DNA of 64,000 bases from Escherichia phage YUEEL01, in sequence record NC_054935.2; one strand, written 5' to 3'. The notes beneath the pieces are model-generated. The model had not been told where the DNA came from, made no database searches, and saw only the letters and a list, made by a program, of their open reading frames with translations. The translations under genes and the position numbers were made by a program. Shown piece by piece: positions 48,773 through 60,170 of the stretch; within the stretch, counting starts at the first letter, position 1; every line of letters starts with the position of its first letter.

Positions 48773-48974
48773 TTCAAAATCCGATTATTTTAATTCTCTC
48801 AACGATAAAGATAAAAATCTAATACGGCATTTTATTGTTGAGATGGGATATACCGATACACGCGATTTAAGAGAACATATATTTGAATGTGGTGTAGCTA
48901 AAAAGTTTTCATTCACATGCAAATGTTTAAGAGAGGTAATTCAGCACTATGAACAATTTAGTCGCAAAGCATAA
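48756..48974 (+). CDS. hypothetical protein
   Basis: 72-aa ORF. Confidence 0.35.
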   Translation: MAREINSKSDYFNSLNDKDKNLIRHFIVEMGYTDTRDLREHIFECGVAKKFSFTCKCLREVIQHYEQFSRKA

Positions 48975-49057
48975 TTTTAATAAAGCTTCTGTTCATAAGG
49001 ATAAGAAGAAAGCGTTTAAAGAATCTAATCGCAAACAGAAACATAAGGGGAAGGTCT

Positions 49058-49336
49058 ATGATTATTGATTCTCAGTCCGTGGTTCAATACACAATCAAAA
49101 TTGATATTCTAGAAAAGCTATATAAGTTTCTACCAAACCTATACCATTCAATTGTCAATGAATTAGTTGAAGAGTTACATCTTGAGAATAATGATTTCTT
49201 GATTGGAACTTATAAAGACCTCTCAAAAGCAGGATATTTTTACGTAATTCCAGCTCCAGGAAAAAGCATTGATGATGTATTAAAAACTATAATGATTTAT
49301 GTCCATGATTACGAAATTGAAGATTATTTCGAATGA
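49058..49336 (+). CDS. arn: Arn, anti-restriction nuclease (McrBC inhibitor)
   Basis: 92-aa acidic protein at the T4 arn position next to asiA; size matches. Confidence 0.7.
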   Translation: MIIDSQSVVQYTIKIDILEKLYKFLPNLYHSIVNELVEELHLENNDFLIGTYKDLSKAGYFYVIPAPGKSIDDVLKTIMIYVHDYEIEDYFE

Positions 49337-49497
49337 GTCATAATCTTGAAAAGGTAATCGAGCATAATGTAGCTCAGGAACGCGAGTCGTTCAAGGAATT
49401 CGTAGAAAAAATTTTTGAAGAAAATAACACAGACCAGTTTACAAATCAAGCGTCTGATGATATTATAACAAAGTCAACTAATTGAGTGGTATAGTTA

Positions 49498-49770
49498 ATG
49501 AATAAAAACATTGATACAGTTCGTGAAATTATTACTGTTGCATCTATTTTGATTAAATTTTCCAGAGAAGATATTGTTGAGAATCGTGCTAATTTTATTG
49601 CATTTCTTAATGAGATTGGAGTAACGCATGAAGGTAGAAAGTTAAATCAGAATTCATTTCGTAAAATTGTTTCTGAATTAACTCAAGAAGATAAGAAAAC
49701 CCTCATCGATGAATTCAACGAGGGTTTTGAGGGTGTATATCGATATCTAGAAATGTATACGAACAAATAA
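49498..49770 (+). CDS. asiA: AsiA anti-sigma-70 factor
   Basis: 90 aa MNKNIDTVREIITVASILIKFSREDIVENRANFIAFLNEIGVTHEGRKLNQNSFRKIVSEL... matches T4 AsiA. Confidence 0.92.
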   Translation: MNKNIDTVREIITVASILIKFSREDIVENRANFIAFLNEIGVTHEGRKLNQNSFRKIVSELTQEDKKTLIDEFNEGFEGVYRYLEMYTNK

Positions 49771-50427
49771 TTATTTAGCCCTTCCTAATATTCTGGCCGC
49801 CTGAGCACATATTGATTCAAGGCGGTCATTACTTATATGATCATTTCTATACCAGTACATGGTTATCGTTCCAGCATAGATATTATCCAAATTAAAATAT
49901 GGACAACTGTACATGTAGTTTATTTCGGGAGTAGGCTTTTTAGTTGGTAAAAAAGCAAATTTTGAGTCGGAATAATAATGACGTCCATTTAAATGAACTG
50001 TATATTCATCCATAGTTTTATCAACAGGATATCCTCCAAGTGATTTTTCACTTATTGTTGAAGGTAATTTTCCTTCATATGCTATAATATCAACAAAATA
50101 GTTTAAGTTTTTAGGGCGGAAAGAATACACCGCACTAAAGTCTGCCTCAGATGATATATGAACTATCTGGAGTTGTTCCAGGGCGACAGATTCAAAGCGT
50201 GCATTTCTTTCCTTTTCAATAATTTCACTGTATGTTTCATACTTTGATTGCTTATAGTACTCAAAGAAACTATCTCCCCTATACCAAACAATCGCCATCA
50301 TAAATAAAAGAATTACGACAGCTACCCGGGAAGCAAGAACCTTCCCGGTAGCGTTATCTTTGAACAAGCGATCTAGAACACCAAATAGAATATCAGAGGG
50401 CGAAAATGATATTCTAGGTGCTGCCAT
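49771..50427 (-). CDS. t: holin T
   Basis: 218 aa MAAPRISFSPSDILFGVLDRLFKDNATGKVLASRVAVVILLFMMAIVWYRGDSF... matches T4 holin. Confidence 0.93.
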   Translation of the reverse strand: MAAPRISFSPSDILFGVLDRLFKDNATGKVLASRVAVVILLFMMAIVWYRGDSFFEYYKQSKYETYSEIIEKERNARFESVALEQLQIVHISSEADFSAVYSFRPKNLNYFVDIIAYEGKLPSTISEKSLGGYPVDKTMDEYTVHLNGRHYYSDSKFAFLPTKKPTPEINYMYSCPYFNLDNIYAGTITMYWYRNDHISNDRLESICAQAARILGRAK

Positions 50428-50457
50428 AGACCCTCCTTTTAAGGGTATTTATTCACA

Positions 50458-51240
50458 TTATACTCTTGGACCATATATTGCTCCAACATTTTGCCACGTT
50501 GGAGCAGACCCTATGACGGCATAACCAGCAGCACCGCCATCGTATTCATATCCTTGACCACGAATATTACATCTACCTCCTGCGGAGCCAACTTCACCAC
50601 CAGACCCGCCGCTATAGATACCGTTCACAGACCCTGAGCCTGGTGCAGAAATAGTACCAGCAGTTGCTCCTGATTGCATATCAATAGATCCGCCCGGCGC
50701 GCCAAACGGACGACCGCCACCACCGCCAAAGGTCAATCTCATTTGTGAAAAAGGAGAATAATATCCGCCGCCGCCACCGCCGCCGCCGCCAGCAATAGCT
50801 CCGCCATTATTAATTCTTAGTCTCCCACCAATATCATTTTGAATACAATGACCCCCAGCTGAGCCAGGACTATTGCTACCGCCATTACCGCCACGGCCAT
50901 ACATCGTTACACCATGTATATTCAGTTGAACATATTCATTCGGTGTATCTCCGTACATGAAGAATAAAGGAACATCTTTAGAATATGATACTAAATCTCC
51001 AGTGATATTAAACACTATAGGTGTACTACCTGCCTCAAAACACCTATCTCGGAACCATTGACCATTGAAGTTATGATCTGCTCCAAGTGTATGAATAATT
51101 TCTCTTGAGCGACCTGCAAATTGACTCATCCAGCAAGGAACACCTAATCTTAATTGACCAGCCGCTTGACTCATCCATCGTTGTCCTGTTTCATTTACGG
51201 ATGAACTACCAATCCAACCAGGAACACCAACTACTGCCAT
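50458..51240 (-). CDS. 38: gp38 long tail fibre adhesin, T2-type with glycine-rich motifs
   Basis: 260 aa; poly-Gly runs ([30 protein letters not shown]) separating variable segments; differs from the 183-aa T4 gp38 chaperone. Confidence 0.85.
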   Translation of the reverse strand: MAVVGVPGWIGSSSVNETGQRWMSQAAGQLRLGVPCWMSQFAGRSREIIHTLGADHNFNGQWFRDRCFEAGSTPIVFNITGDLVSYSKDVPLFFMYGDTPNEYVQLNIHGVTMYGRGGNGGSNSPGSAGGHCIQNDIGGRLRINNGGAIAGGGGGGGGGYYSPFSQMRLTFGGGGGRPFGAPGGSIDMQSGATAGTISAPGSGSVNGIYSGGSGGEVGSAGGRCNIRGQGYEYDGGAAGYAVIGSAPTWQNVGAIYGPRV

Positions 51241-51273
51241 AATTTATCTCCAAAGGGGCAATGCCCCTTGTTA

Positions 51274-54200
51274 TTAGAATTTAAAGTATTTACCAATTTT
51301 GCGAGCAATTTTAGTGAAGAAAGGCGTTTTTAATTCTTTAATTTCTTCACTCATTTCCTGAATGGCCTTAATTAAAAGAGCATTCACAGCGGAGTTAGAA
51401 ATTGTCAGAACTTCGTCTGGTTTATCAAGATTGCCAATTTTCGAAATATTAATCGCTTCTGGTAATATTTCTTGTAAATCCTGCGCGATAATGCCGATCT
51501 CATGACCGATAATTTCACGGTCGGATAATGATTTAACTTTATCGTAGGTTTTAACTTTCAGTTTACCGATTAAATCAGTTGCATTTCCTATATAATCTTC
51601 GATGTTTTCTTTGAGGCGACGGTCTGATCGAATATAAACATCGTTAAAGTTTCCGTTACCAGTGGCATGAAATTCTCCACTTGCATTGAATTGATAATCA
51701 GCAGACTGAACATGGAGAACCGCTGCCGCAGTATTATTACTATCACCGGGACAATGAACGTCCAGAGCAGCGATGTAGTTACGCCCCCAATCAACCGCTT
51801 TCCAAATAGCATGAGCACTATCAACGCTTTGTTGACAGTCAAGCAACAAACCAGCAGGGCGATCTCTCCAATTCACATAAGCACCACCAGAAACTTCACC
51901 GCGAATAAGCCCTTGATCTCCGGCATAAGGAACACGCTCTCCCACTTTAATCATTGCGCCCTGGAAGTGATGACTAAATGAACCCCCATGATTATTGCGA
52001 ATATGTAAAATACCCTCATCTGTAGCCCAGATAACAGCCTTTTCTGCATCGCTATCATCTTTAAACCAGATGTGGCGAGCACCAACAGAGTTTTTGATAG
52101 TGATCCCGCTAGATCCATGCACGGTAAAAGTGCCAGCAACATCAAACGTCAAACTGTTATCTGTCCTGCGTTCTGTATAGAAGTGATAACCTTTGGAATC
52201 ACCGACTTCCATCACTGCCGAGCGACCAACTTCTGAATTTCCCCAATTATTGATATGGAATTGTTCAGAGCTATTATTCATCTGATTTAGGTATAATGTA
52301 CCATCAGTAAATGTTTCGCCAAAGAAACGAGTTTTAATTGCACCTGTCGCTAAAGTACGTTCAGTGGAAAAATGGGCGCCTTGACTATCTTCTAACTGGA
52401 TGATGTTATCACGAGCATTATTACTATCACCCCAATGGTTAAATTTAAAATAATCTCGTGATCCTAAACGTCCGGCATCAAAAGTCAGCAAGCCTTTCAT
52501 GTTAATATCACCGCCAAAAAATGCGGTGAGAGAATCACGTTTTAATTTTAAAACGCTACCACGAGTAGTACCACCCAAAGTAACATCACCAGTGTTCAAT
52601 TCATAACTGAAAGGTCTATTTGCATTAAAGTTTCCATCTTTATCATTCTCGTCAGTAGAAAGTAGATAAAACCTGCTACTATCAGCACGCCAAATAACAT
52701 CATAATTACTACTAGCGGTCATACGGAATGCATTAGATGAGCGGAATTTAACTTCTGTATTAAATGTTGTAGTTGATTTAAACGTTGTTGAACCACCAAA
52801 GTTAACAGCACCATTAAAATCTTGTTGAGCTGTCCATTTGTGGCTACCATCTTCAAGAACAACACGACGAACTCTGAAACTTCTATTTCCCGGATTACCA
52901 GCAACACGAACGACAAAATAACGGTAGTTAGCTTGTGACACAGTACCACGCCAAACCTGAACAGTACGCCCTGTGCTAGTGTGTTCGCTAGGACCGACGG
53001 AAAACAGAATCAAGTTTCCGTCAATCGTACCCCAATCCATATTTGCTGGCATGTTCTTTATTTTGTTCAAAGGAACGCTAAACATACTGCCAGGAACAAA
53101 ATCAAATGTGTTCCAATCTAGCTCCGCTAATTGAGATTTAACACCACCCATACCCAAAGTAATTGGCAGAGAATAAGATGTGTATACTTCGTTCCATGCA
53201 CCCCAAACACTATTAGTATATGCACGCTCAAAAATACGTCCGCGAGTAGTTGTACCTGTTCCGGCAGTAGTAAATTTTTGGAAAATAGCACCACCAGAAG
53301 CACGCTGTTTAACTTCTAGCAAACCAACAATAACGGCTGGTAAACCTTCACCGGTAGGACAGTTAATAACGGCATCAGTGCCTAAAATGTTATATAACCC
53401 AGGAGCTTTAAAATCATTCAGATCTCCATCATAGAAAGTCGCTGGTGTGCCATGACCAACCTGCTTCCATTCCTCCCACTTAGGTGCACTAGCATCCCAT
53501 GCAGCAGCGAGACAACGAGTATAAACCATACCCATGCGGGTAGTATAACGCTGCGTTCTTGTGTATAAACCACCTTCAAATATTTCTAAAAATCCTTGTG
53601 CGGCTGATCCTTCTTCTGGATAATGGCGATCAAATGATGCGATTGCGCTTGAACTGTTTCTCCATAAGCCACAATGTTCTAATTCTCCCAAGCTATCAAG
53701 GTCAATCGTTTGTGAAAGTGGACGAGTTGACGCTTGAACATTACGCCACACACCCCATGGACCATCGACGCCATTCCATTTAGCAGATAAGGAACGAATA
53801 TAGACGTTACCAGATCTTACAGTATAACGCTGAGTGCCAGCAAATTGGCCGGCCACAAATACTTCTAGTACACCTACGGCATTTTCTTCTGGGAATTTAT
53901 TTGCTGGTTGCGCATTTGTTGAAGTAGATTTCGACCAAACACCAAGATATTCTTCAATGGGCCCATACGTATCTAAATTAGCATCAGTAGGTAATTCGCC
54001 ATTATTTTTTATAAACGTTGTGCTATTGACATTTATGTCAGATGGAGTTAGCGTGATATCTTTTGACCCATCAAAGGATATACCATTAATTTTTCGTGCT
54101 GTTTTTAATTTCGTTGCAGTTGCAGCGTTACCTGTTAAATTTCCAATTATATTTCCATTAACAGTTAAAGAACCATCAATTGTTCCTCCATATTTTAAAC

Positions 54201-54351
54201 CTAATTCTATAACACTGCCTGAGTCATCTTTTGTGAAAATTGTTTTATCTTTTAAATTAATAGCCAATTCACCTTCGGCTAATACTGAAGCAGCAGGACG
54301 TTGACCTGCAGTTTTGCTTCTTTTAAATTGTATTTGTTTTAAAGTAGCCAT
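51274..54351 (-). CDS. 37: gp37 long tail fibre distal subunit with C-terminal chaperone-like segment
   Basis: 1025 aa [45 protein letters not shown]...; C-terminal [17 protein letters not shown] ... [17 protein letters not shown] resembles an intramolecular chaperone. Confidence 0.9.
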   Translation of the reverse strand: MATLKQIQFKRSKTAGQRPAASVLAEGELAINLKDKTIFTKDDSGSVIELGLKYGGTIDGSLTVNGNIIGNLTGNAATATKLKTARKINGISFDGSKDITLTPSDINVNSTTFIKNNGELPTDANLDTYGPIEEYLGVWSKSTSTNAQPANKFPEENAVGVLEVFVAGQFAGTQRYTVRSGNVYIRSLSAKWNGVDGPWGVWRNVQASTRPLSQTIDLDSLGELEHCGLWRNSSSAIASFDRHYPEEGSAAQGFLEIFEGGLYTRTQRYTTRMGMVYTRCLAAAWDASAPKWEEWKQVGHGTPATFYDGDLNDFKAPGLYNILGTDAVINCPTGEGLPAVIVGLLEVKQRASGGAIFQKFTTAGTGTTTRGRIFERAYTNSVWGAWNEVYTSYSLPITLGMGGVKSQLAELDWNTFDFVPGSMFSVPLNKIKNMPANMDWGTIDGNLILFSVGPSEHTSTGRTVQVWRGTVSQANYRYFVVRVAGNPGNRSFRVRRVVLEDGSHKWTAQQDFNGAVNFGGSTTFKSTTTFNTEVKFRSSNAFRMTASSNYDVIWRADSSRFYLLSTDENDKDGNFNANRPFSYELNTGDVTLGGTTRGSVLKLKRDSLTAFFGGDINMKGLLTFDAGRLGSRDYFKFNHWGDSNNARDNIIQLEDSQGAHFSTERTLATGAIKTRFFGETFTDGTLYLNQMNNSSEQFHINNWGNSEVGRSAVMEVGDSKGYHFYTERRTDNSLTFDVAGTFTVHGSSGITIKNSVGARHIWFKDDSDAEKAVIWATDEGILHIRNNHGGSFSHHFQGAMIKVGERVPYAGDQGLIRGEVSGGAYVNWRDRPAGLLLDCQQSVDSAHAIWKAVDWGRNYIAALDVHCPGDSNNTAAAVLHVQSADYQFNASGEFHATGNGNFNDVYIRSDRRLKENIEDYIGNATDLIGKLKVKTYDKVKSLSDREIIGHEIGIIAQDLQEILPEAINISKIGNLDKPDEVLTISNSAVNALLIKAIQEMSEEIKELKTPFFTKIARKIGKYFKF

Positions 54352-54359
54352 AAGTCCTC

Positions 54360-55010
54360 TTAATAATAGCCGAAATCTTGAACAGAATCCTTAATCACGA
54401 TTTGGTCAAATCGCGGAACATGCGAGGGTTGAGATGCAGGATTCTGCGAGAAAAAGTTTGGCGCTGTTAAATTACCTGTCATGGTGTCACCTTTACGCAA
54501 AACTCTAGAATTCGCATTTGCCGTAACAATATTTATTGCTCCATCGACATAATCTTTACGAGTAACATCAGATGCTGCGGAAGGAGTAGATGTAACAGTT
54601 ACCGATGGAGCCGTTACGGCCCTGGTAAATGTTGTCAAACCTTCCGGCGTAATAGTAATTTGTCCAGTAGTGATTTCACTACCTGCCGGTCTAAAACTAA
54701 TACCGCCGGAAGAGCCACCAACTACAAGAGTATTACCGGTACCGCCACCAGAACGAATTCGAATGGGGGTTTCATTATTACTTAATTGAAGATAACTATT
54801 TACCCCGTAATTAATAGTAATTGGACCGGTGTAAGTGCCACCATTAGCTTTAGAAACGAAATCGTTATCAGCTGCCTGTGGTTTATTATATTCTGAATAT
54901 ATTTTAAATGATTTGTAGAGTACATCGTCACCGGCTGAATTCAATGGAAAATTTCCTTGATGCCAAATGACAGATCCACCTACAGTTGAACCTACTTTTA
55001 AATCAGCCAT
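54360..55010 (-). CDS. 36: gp36 long tail fibre hinge connector
   Basis: 216-aa ORF in the T4 gene 36 position. Confidence 0.85.
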   Translation of the reverse strand: MADLKVGSTVGGSVIWHQGNFPLNSAGDDVLYKSFKIYSEYNKPQAADNDFVSKANGGTYTGPITINYGVNSYLQLSNNETPIRIRSGGGTGNTLVVGGSSGGISFRPAGSEITTGQITITPEGLTTFTRAVTAPSVTVTSTPSAASDVTRKDYVDGAINIVTANANSRVLRKGDTMTGNLTAPNFFSQNPASQPSHVPRFDQIVIKDSVQDFGYY

Positions 55011-55033
55011 TGTATGCCCCTTTATTTTAATAT

Positions 55034-55041
55034 TATTTATA
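55034..55041 (-). promoter_or_regulatory. late promoter (TATAAATA) for genes 36-37-38
   Basis: Plus strand tatttata is the reverse complement of TATAAATA; 24 nt upstream of the gene 36 ATG. Confidence 0.6.
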
Positions 55042-55044
55042 AAG

Positions 55045-55067
55045 AAAAAAGGAACCCGAAGGCTCCC
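55045..55067 (-). terminator. intrinsic terminator between genes 35 and 36
   Basis: Minus-strand RNA reads ggagcc-uucg-gguucc followed by U6. Confidence 0.55.
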
Positions 55068-55072
55068 TCAGT

Positions 55073-56188
55073 TTAAACTTCTCTAAATTCCTGTCCAAAC
55101 ACTTTACCAGTTTTAGACGATGCCTGTGTAGGAAGTACCATTATATCTGGAGGTAAAGAGGATTCACCGATATAATTAACACGAATACCATTGACACCAA
55201 ATTCAGCAGGTTTTGAAATTCCGCCATTTCTTGATACTTCAGAAAAGCTTAAATTTCTCATGCCGCCTTGACCTGCTTGGGCAGTTCTTTGTGCATATAT
55301 CGTAAATCCTACTGCATTTTCAGGAACAACTACATAATCTTCTTTTAATTCCCAAGACCCAGCTTGCCCAGTAAACTCAGCTTGGGTCGAGGAAATATAT
55401 CCATTTGATGCATCATAAAAACGAATGGATATGTTTGTAGTTCCAAGATCAAGTAAATCAGCATCAGCATATAACTGTGCTTTAAGATAAAGAACATCAC
55501 CAGGAATTAAATTATAGTCAGAAAGTTTACTTATAGCAGCTGAAGTTGGCAATCGCGCAATTTCGTTATTAGTTCCACCAACTGCTGACATGAATTGCTC
55601 GACACTTTCATAAGTTCTTTTTGGAAATCCTGTCGCTCCGACGTCTTCTAAACTATCAAATACAACATCTAAAATAGTTTGATAATCATCTGTGCTTTTT
55701 CTATTACTTAGTTTAACATGCTCTAATGCAATAGCTCTTTTAGAAGAAGTATAAAAAGCAGCATATGATACGTCAAATCTTGACAATACTGAATCTGATG
55801 GAAAAACTGAAGTTCCTGCTCCCCTTAACCAAGATACCACTTCAGGAGGAAAATTAACCTTTCCGCTAGTTAATATAGCAACAAGTCTATTGTTTGACAA
55901 AGAATTCATGAAACTAACAAAAGCAGCTGATGTAGTATTATTTGAAGTAGAAAAAGCATATGACTTACTATCAACTAATGCTCCTGTAGAAGGGTCAAAA
56001 ACTCTTAAATGAAGACCTGCACTAAATGTTTGATTTCCAACGGGATTATCCTGAAATTTAACATATGGCCCCGCAGTAGAAAGCGGGCAAGAACCCGCTA
56101 TGCTTATTTTATATCTTACTGAATTGCTTTCCGATAAAAATGGCGTTTGGACATATCCTTGTCCAAACTCTGCCATAAATTTTTCCAT
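55073..56188 (-). CDS. 35: gp35 long tail fibre hinge
   Basis: 371-aa ORF in the T4 gene 35 position. Confidence 0.85.
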   Translation of the reverse strand: MEKFMAEFGQGYVQTPFLSESNSVRYKISIAGSCPLSTAGPYVKFQDNPVGNQTFSAGLHLRVFDPSTGALVDSKSYAFSTSNNTTSAAFVSFMNSLSNNRLVAILTSGKVNFPPEVVSWLRGAGTSVFPSDSVLSRFDVSYAAFYTSSKRAIALEHVKLSNRKSTDDYQTILDVVFDSLEDVGATGFPKRTYESVEQFMSAVGGTNNEIARLPTSAAISKLSDYNLIPGDVLYLKAQLYADADLLDLGTTNISIRFYDASNGYISSTQAEFTGQAGSWELKEDYVVVPENAVGFTIYAQRTAQAGQGGMRNLSFSEVSRNGGISKPAEFGVNGIRVNYIGESSLPPDIMVLPTQASSKTGKVFGQEFREV

Positions 56189-56196
56189 AATACCTC

Positions 56197-59100
56197 TTAT
56201 TCAATCCACTCAAATTTAACAGTTTTATTCACTGGGTCAGGAATAATGCGAACATTACCAATTCGCAAGAAATCGCGAATAGTAAGATTACCTATTATTC
56301 CATTATCAGATGGGATCGCTCCTATATCTGAAGGTTGAGGAGGGTTACCTCCGTCAAATACCTGAACAAAACTTGACCAAGAGTTTTTGGTTTTCTGCCA
56401 TGTACGTGTCCAGCGAGTGGTACGTGCTTCTGGGGTCGTTGGATAAGTAATCCAATCTTGGTAAAGTGAATCAAGTGTGTTACCAAACTGAGTCAATGTA
56501 CCAGGAGATTTAACTTCTTCACCACGTTCTAAGTATGGAAGTCCAGTCACTTCATTAGTTTTTTCAACCATTTTAAAATAACCCGGGAACTGGTTATAAG
56601 TGGCTGAATCATTAATATCGATTGACCAGAATCCTACTGTATCAGATGTTGGCGCACGGGTATATAAATCAGAGGTTTTAGTACCCTGAGAACGAATTCT
56701 CGAGTTAACAGTCAAACCACCCGAACTTATAGTAGCACCTTTTGCAATGATTAAGCTTTCACCAATCGTTACTTGGCCAGATGCATTATTAATAGCTAAA
56801 GGACGCAATCCATTAAATCCGCCAGTTTGATCACCCGATGCAGTAAGCATAAAATTCGTTACTGACCCATCATTGCGAACAATGAAACCATAATTTCCGT
56901 TAATAGCACGGAAAGCATTTGCGCTTCGAGAAATAATTTCACCAGTTGCAGTGACTGAATTACCAAATGTTGCTACACCATTTGCATTCAATGTTCCTGA
57001 AGCATTAACATTTATCGGTGTTACTGTACCGTTGATATTAAATGTTATATTTCCAGCTTTATTACGCTGAGAATAAAAATGACTAGACGTTTCATCACTA
57101 ACTTCAAATACGGTAGAACGTGTTGTGTCTGATTCCCCGCTAAATTGATTTCCCCACACTCTGACTGTCATCGTTTGAGCCGGGTTTGTTCCAGTTTGAG
57201 GTCCTTTCTCAAAAATCAGACGAGTTGCCGTTCCAGTATTAGAAATAGTTAATGTACTATTTGCTGAAACTGATCCACCGAATGTAGCAGTACTAGATGA
57301 TACAAGAGGGGCACTCAGATTCGTTTGTTGGGTTAAGGTTAGTGAACCATTAACCGTCTGCGCAATATCCCTACGAATGAACTGGAGTGAATCTAAACCA
57401 TCTAATAAATTACTATCTACAGCTTTTGCTTTTAACGGCAAATAATTTGCTAATACGCGGTTTAATTCATATGGTGATACTGCATAGTTATTTTTCTCAT
57501 ATAGTTCTAAGTCCTGCGTAGAACCCGCTGTATCATTACCAACGAACGTAATTGAACCAGATGAGGTTTTAACAAAACCTCTTATCGCAGTAGTAGCTGC
57601 CCAAGTAGGTTCACTCTGCACAATCCATTTTAAATTTTTTGGAGATACAGCAGTATTTGCTGACGTTCCAGCTACAGTTTCAGACCGAGTTGCAACTTTA
57701 ATAACACCTTCCTGCGCTTCAGTAGATTTAGTACCTAAAAGCTTTTTAGGAGTTATTAGAACATTATCCAATGTTCCTGCAGCAGCTTCAACTTGTGTAG
57801 CTACACGAAGTGTACCACGTTGTGTCTCATTTGCTTCAAGAATATTAAGGGTATAATGGTCCCAGAGAGTTCCTGATTCAACTAATCCAGATAGAGCAAC
57901 AACAGAAGTACGATCAGTACTATTAAATCTGGTTTTAATTTTTAATGGTGTAGAGATACGAGTATCGTCGACGCCTGCGTCGAATTCAACTTGTGTAGCA
58001 ATTTCAGCTACACCAGTTAAACTTTCAGTTGCTTTACGGTCATTTAAAGTTTTAGGAGTGACTGCACGAGTATAATCAGTTCCTGTATTAACTTCACTTT
58101 GCGTAGCAATTTCAATTAAACCAATTCTTGCATCAGTTGATGTCTTTTTATGTAACGTTTCTGGCGTTACAACCGCATTTGCCCATCCTTCTTGGCTTTG
58201 TCCAGCAATTACTTCACTTTCAACTGCTAAAATTACTGCACCTTGTTGCGTTGGAGTAGCTTTATACTGATCCAAAGCTTTAGGCGAAACAACTAAATTA
58301 TTAGTGTTTTTATTATAAACATTTGTACCATTTAATTCACGACTAGAAGCTGGAGTAGCTCCTGCAGTAGATACAAAGGTTACAATACCAGATAATGATT
58401 CAGAACCTTGACGAGCTTGAAGCTTTTTAGGAGTGATGATTGTAGTATCATCAGTACCTGTATTAGTTTCCTGCTGCGTAGCAATTTCAGCTACACCTCT
58501 ACGAGTTTCTGTAGCAGTTCTTTCATTCAGCTTTTTAGGAGTGATGATAAGGTCATCAGCAAAAGAGAATGTGGTGTTCTGATTCACTTGAGCAGTAGTT
58601 GCTATTCTTGCGATACCTCTACGAGTTTCTGTAGCAGTACGGTTAGCTAATGTTTCTGGTGTAATTGCTAATTCTTTTTGTGGAGAATTTTCTAAATCGA
58701 CGTTAGCTTGAGCTTGTGTAGCTAAAGCAATTACGCCTAATCTTGCTCTAGTAGAATTATTTAAAGAATCGACTCTTTCAACCGTTGGAACGTTTTGTTG
58801 TACAACCCAGTATTTTCCGTCAGAATCTTCTATATAAGCAAGTTGTAAAACCGGAACATAATTAGTTTCACCATTGAAAACTAATTCTTGGACAGTCACC
58901 CATTCAGCTTCAGGTGGATATTCTGAACGTTTTGGGAATTGCAGCAATTGAACTGAAGAAGCAATTTTATCTTCACCGGCAGCTTTGATTTTAACTGTTT
59001 GTCCTTTTCTCATGTAATTCATGGAAATTTTAACAGTATCACCAATGGAAATATCGGTTGGAAGTTGAAGTTCAATTGTTTGGGCTGTTCCGTTATTCGC

Positions 59101-60066
59101 ACCAAATACCATAACTTCTTCATTTGGACGAATATTAGAATTAGTTGTTATAATGCGTAAACGTGCTTTACTATCCCCGTCAAACAATCTCCATAATTTT
59201 TCATTATCATCAAACATCAAGAAACCGTCAATCGATGTACGGCCTTCAATAGAATGAGTTCCAACTTCTTGTACTGAAGTTGTTTCATCATATGTCGTGA
59301 CAATTGTATGATAAAGTGGATTTAATTTATCTAAATCAACGAAATTAATAATATCGCCATGATTAGCAAATCTCGGAAGTTTAATATTAATCGGCGCAGC
59401 GGAAGTAAATCTACGCACGATAAAATCATTAGATTGTGCTTGATATGCAGTCGATGGAGTAACAATCGCAGCTTCTCTGCTATAATCAGCAACATACATT
59501 TGCCACAAACGATTATTAAAAATGAATATCATCTGTGACTTTGGATGAGTCATTAGAACTGAACGTACTTGTTCACCTCTAAAATTAACAATACTCTGAT
59601 TTGAAGAATTTATTTTAACCTGATTTATACCAGGTTTTCCACCAATATCTTGAATTATTACGGTTTCTCCATCAAGCGGAGAAGGTGGTAAATTAAACTC
59701 AATGTCATTACCAACTGATGTATCTACTGAAATTGCTTCTCCGGATTTTAATTGATATGGTCCAGATGATACGGTTGTATATACGGCATCAGTACGTAAT
59801 GCTTTCCAACGAATTCTATTAAAACTTCCAGCAGGTTTTGGAATATTATCCGTTGCTGCCCAAAAACGATTATTATAAATGATTACAAAATCTTTTAAAT
59901 ATCCACGAGTTGGATCATATTGTTGAACTGTGTTTTCTTGAATTAAGTAATCAACGTTAACACCGTCAGTTCCTACGGTACGATCAGCTAAAGCTACGTT
60001 GATTATTTTATCGCCACCTGCGTCCAGACCATCTTCTGCTCTGAACTTTCTTTTAATCTCGGCCAT
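56197..60066 (-). CDS. 34: gp34 long tail fibre proximal subunit
   Basis: 1289 aa MAEIKRKFRAEDGLDAGGDKIINVALADRTVGTDGVNVDYLIQEN...; internal repeats TETRRGxAxIAT. Confidence 0.92.
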   Translation of the reverse strand: MAEIKRKFRAEDGLDAGGDKIINVALADRTVGTDGVNVDYLIQENTVQQYDPTRGYLKDFVIIYNNRFWAATDNIPKPAGSFNRIRWKALRTDAVYTTVSSGPYQLKSGEAISVDTSVGNDIEFNLPPSPLDGETVIIQDIGGKPGINQVKINSSNQSIVNFRGEQVRSVLMTHPKSQMIFIFNNRLWQMYVADYSREAAIVTPSTAYQAQSNDFIVRRFTSAAPINIKLPRFANHGDIINFVDLDKLNPLYHTIVTTYDETTSVQEVGTHSIEGRTSIDGFLMFDDNEKLWRLFDGDSKARLRIITTNSNIRPNEEVMVFGANNGTAQTIELQLPTDISIGDTVKISMNYMRKGQTVKIKAAGEDKIASSVQLLQFPKRSEYPPEAEWVTVQELVFNGETNYVPVLQLAYIEDSDGKYWVVQQNVPTVERVDSLNNSTRARLGVIALATQAQANVDLENSPQKELAITPETLANRTATETRRGIARIATTAQVNQNTTFSFADDLIITPKKLNERTATETRRGVAEIATQQETNTGTDDTTIITPKKLQARQGSESLSGIVTFVSTAGATPASSRELNGTNVYNKNTNNLVVSPKALDQYKATPTQQGAVILAVESEVIAGQSQEGWANAVVTPETLHKKTSTDARIGLIEIATQSEVNTGTDYTRAVTPKTLNDRKATESLTGVAEIATQVEFDAGVDDTRISTPLKIKTRFNSTDRTSVVALSGLVESGTLWDHYTLNILEANETQRGTLRVATQVEAAAGTLDNVLITPKKLLGTKSTEAQEGVIKVATRSETVAGTSANTAVSPKNLKWIVQSEPTWAATTAIRGFVKTSSGSITFVGNDTAGSTQDLELYEKNNYAVSPYELNRVLANYLPLKAKAVDSNLLDGLDSLQFIRRDIAQTVNGSLTLTQQTNLSAPLVSSSTATFGGSVSANSTLTISNTGTATRLIFEKGPQTGTNPAQTMTVRVWGNQFSGESDTTRSTVFEVSDETSSHFYSQRNKAGNITFNINGTVTPINVNASGTLNANGVATFGNSVTATGEIISRSANAFRAINGNYGFIVRNDGSVTNFMLTASGDQTGGFNGLRPLAINNASGQVTIGESLIIAKGATISSGGLTVNSRIRSQGTKTSDLYTRAPTSDTVGFWSIDINDSATYNQFPGYFKMVEKTNEVTGLPYLERGEEVKSPGTLTQFGNTLDSLYQDWITYPTTPEARTTRWTRTWQKTKNSWSSFVQVFDGGNPPQPSDIGAIPSDNGIIGNLTIRDFLRIGNVRIIPDPVNKTVKFEWIE

Positions 60067-60100
60067 TCTCCCGGGCTCCTATTGTGTTTTCAATAATAAG

Positions 60101-60108
60101 TATTTATA
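60101..60108 (-). promoter_or_regulatory. late promoter (TATAAATA) for gene 34
   Basis: Plus strand tatttata; about 35 nt upstream of the gene 34 ATG, AGGAG SD in between. Confidence 0.6.
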
Positions 60109-60111
60109 CTT

Positions 60112-60141
60112 GTTTACTTTAAGATTTGGATGGTATATAAT
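60112..60141 (+). promoter_or_regulatory. T4-type early promoter for rnh, divergent from the gene 34 late promoter
   Basis: gtttac, 18 bp, tataat. Confidence 0.55.
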
Positions 60142-60170
60142 AGAAATCTCACTAATTGAACGAGGTTCAT

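Noticed and set aside
48948-49066. 39-codon basic ORF overlapping the end of 48756..48974 and the start of arn
   Set aside because: Overlaps two better-supported ORFs and has no SD; likely spurious.
50560-50830. Repetitive GGC/GGT-rich DNA that superficially resembles a tandem repeat array
   Set aside because: It is the coding sequence for the poly-glycine motifs of gp38; no spacer-repeat periodicity, so not a CRISPR array or satellite.
51588-54304. Several + strand ORFs (up to 156 aa) opposite gp37, and 58408..58650 opposite gp34
   Set aside because: Antisense to recognised tail-fibre genes; Ser/Thr/Pro-rich translations typical of the reverse complement of Gly/Thr/Asn-rich fibre sequence.
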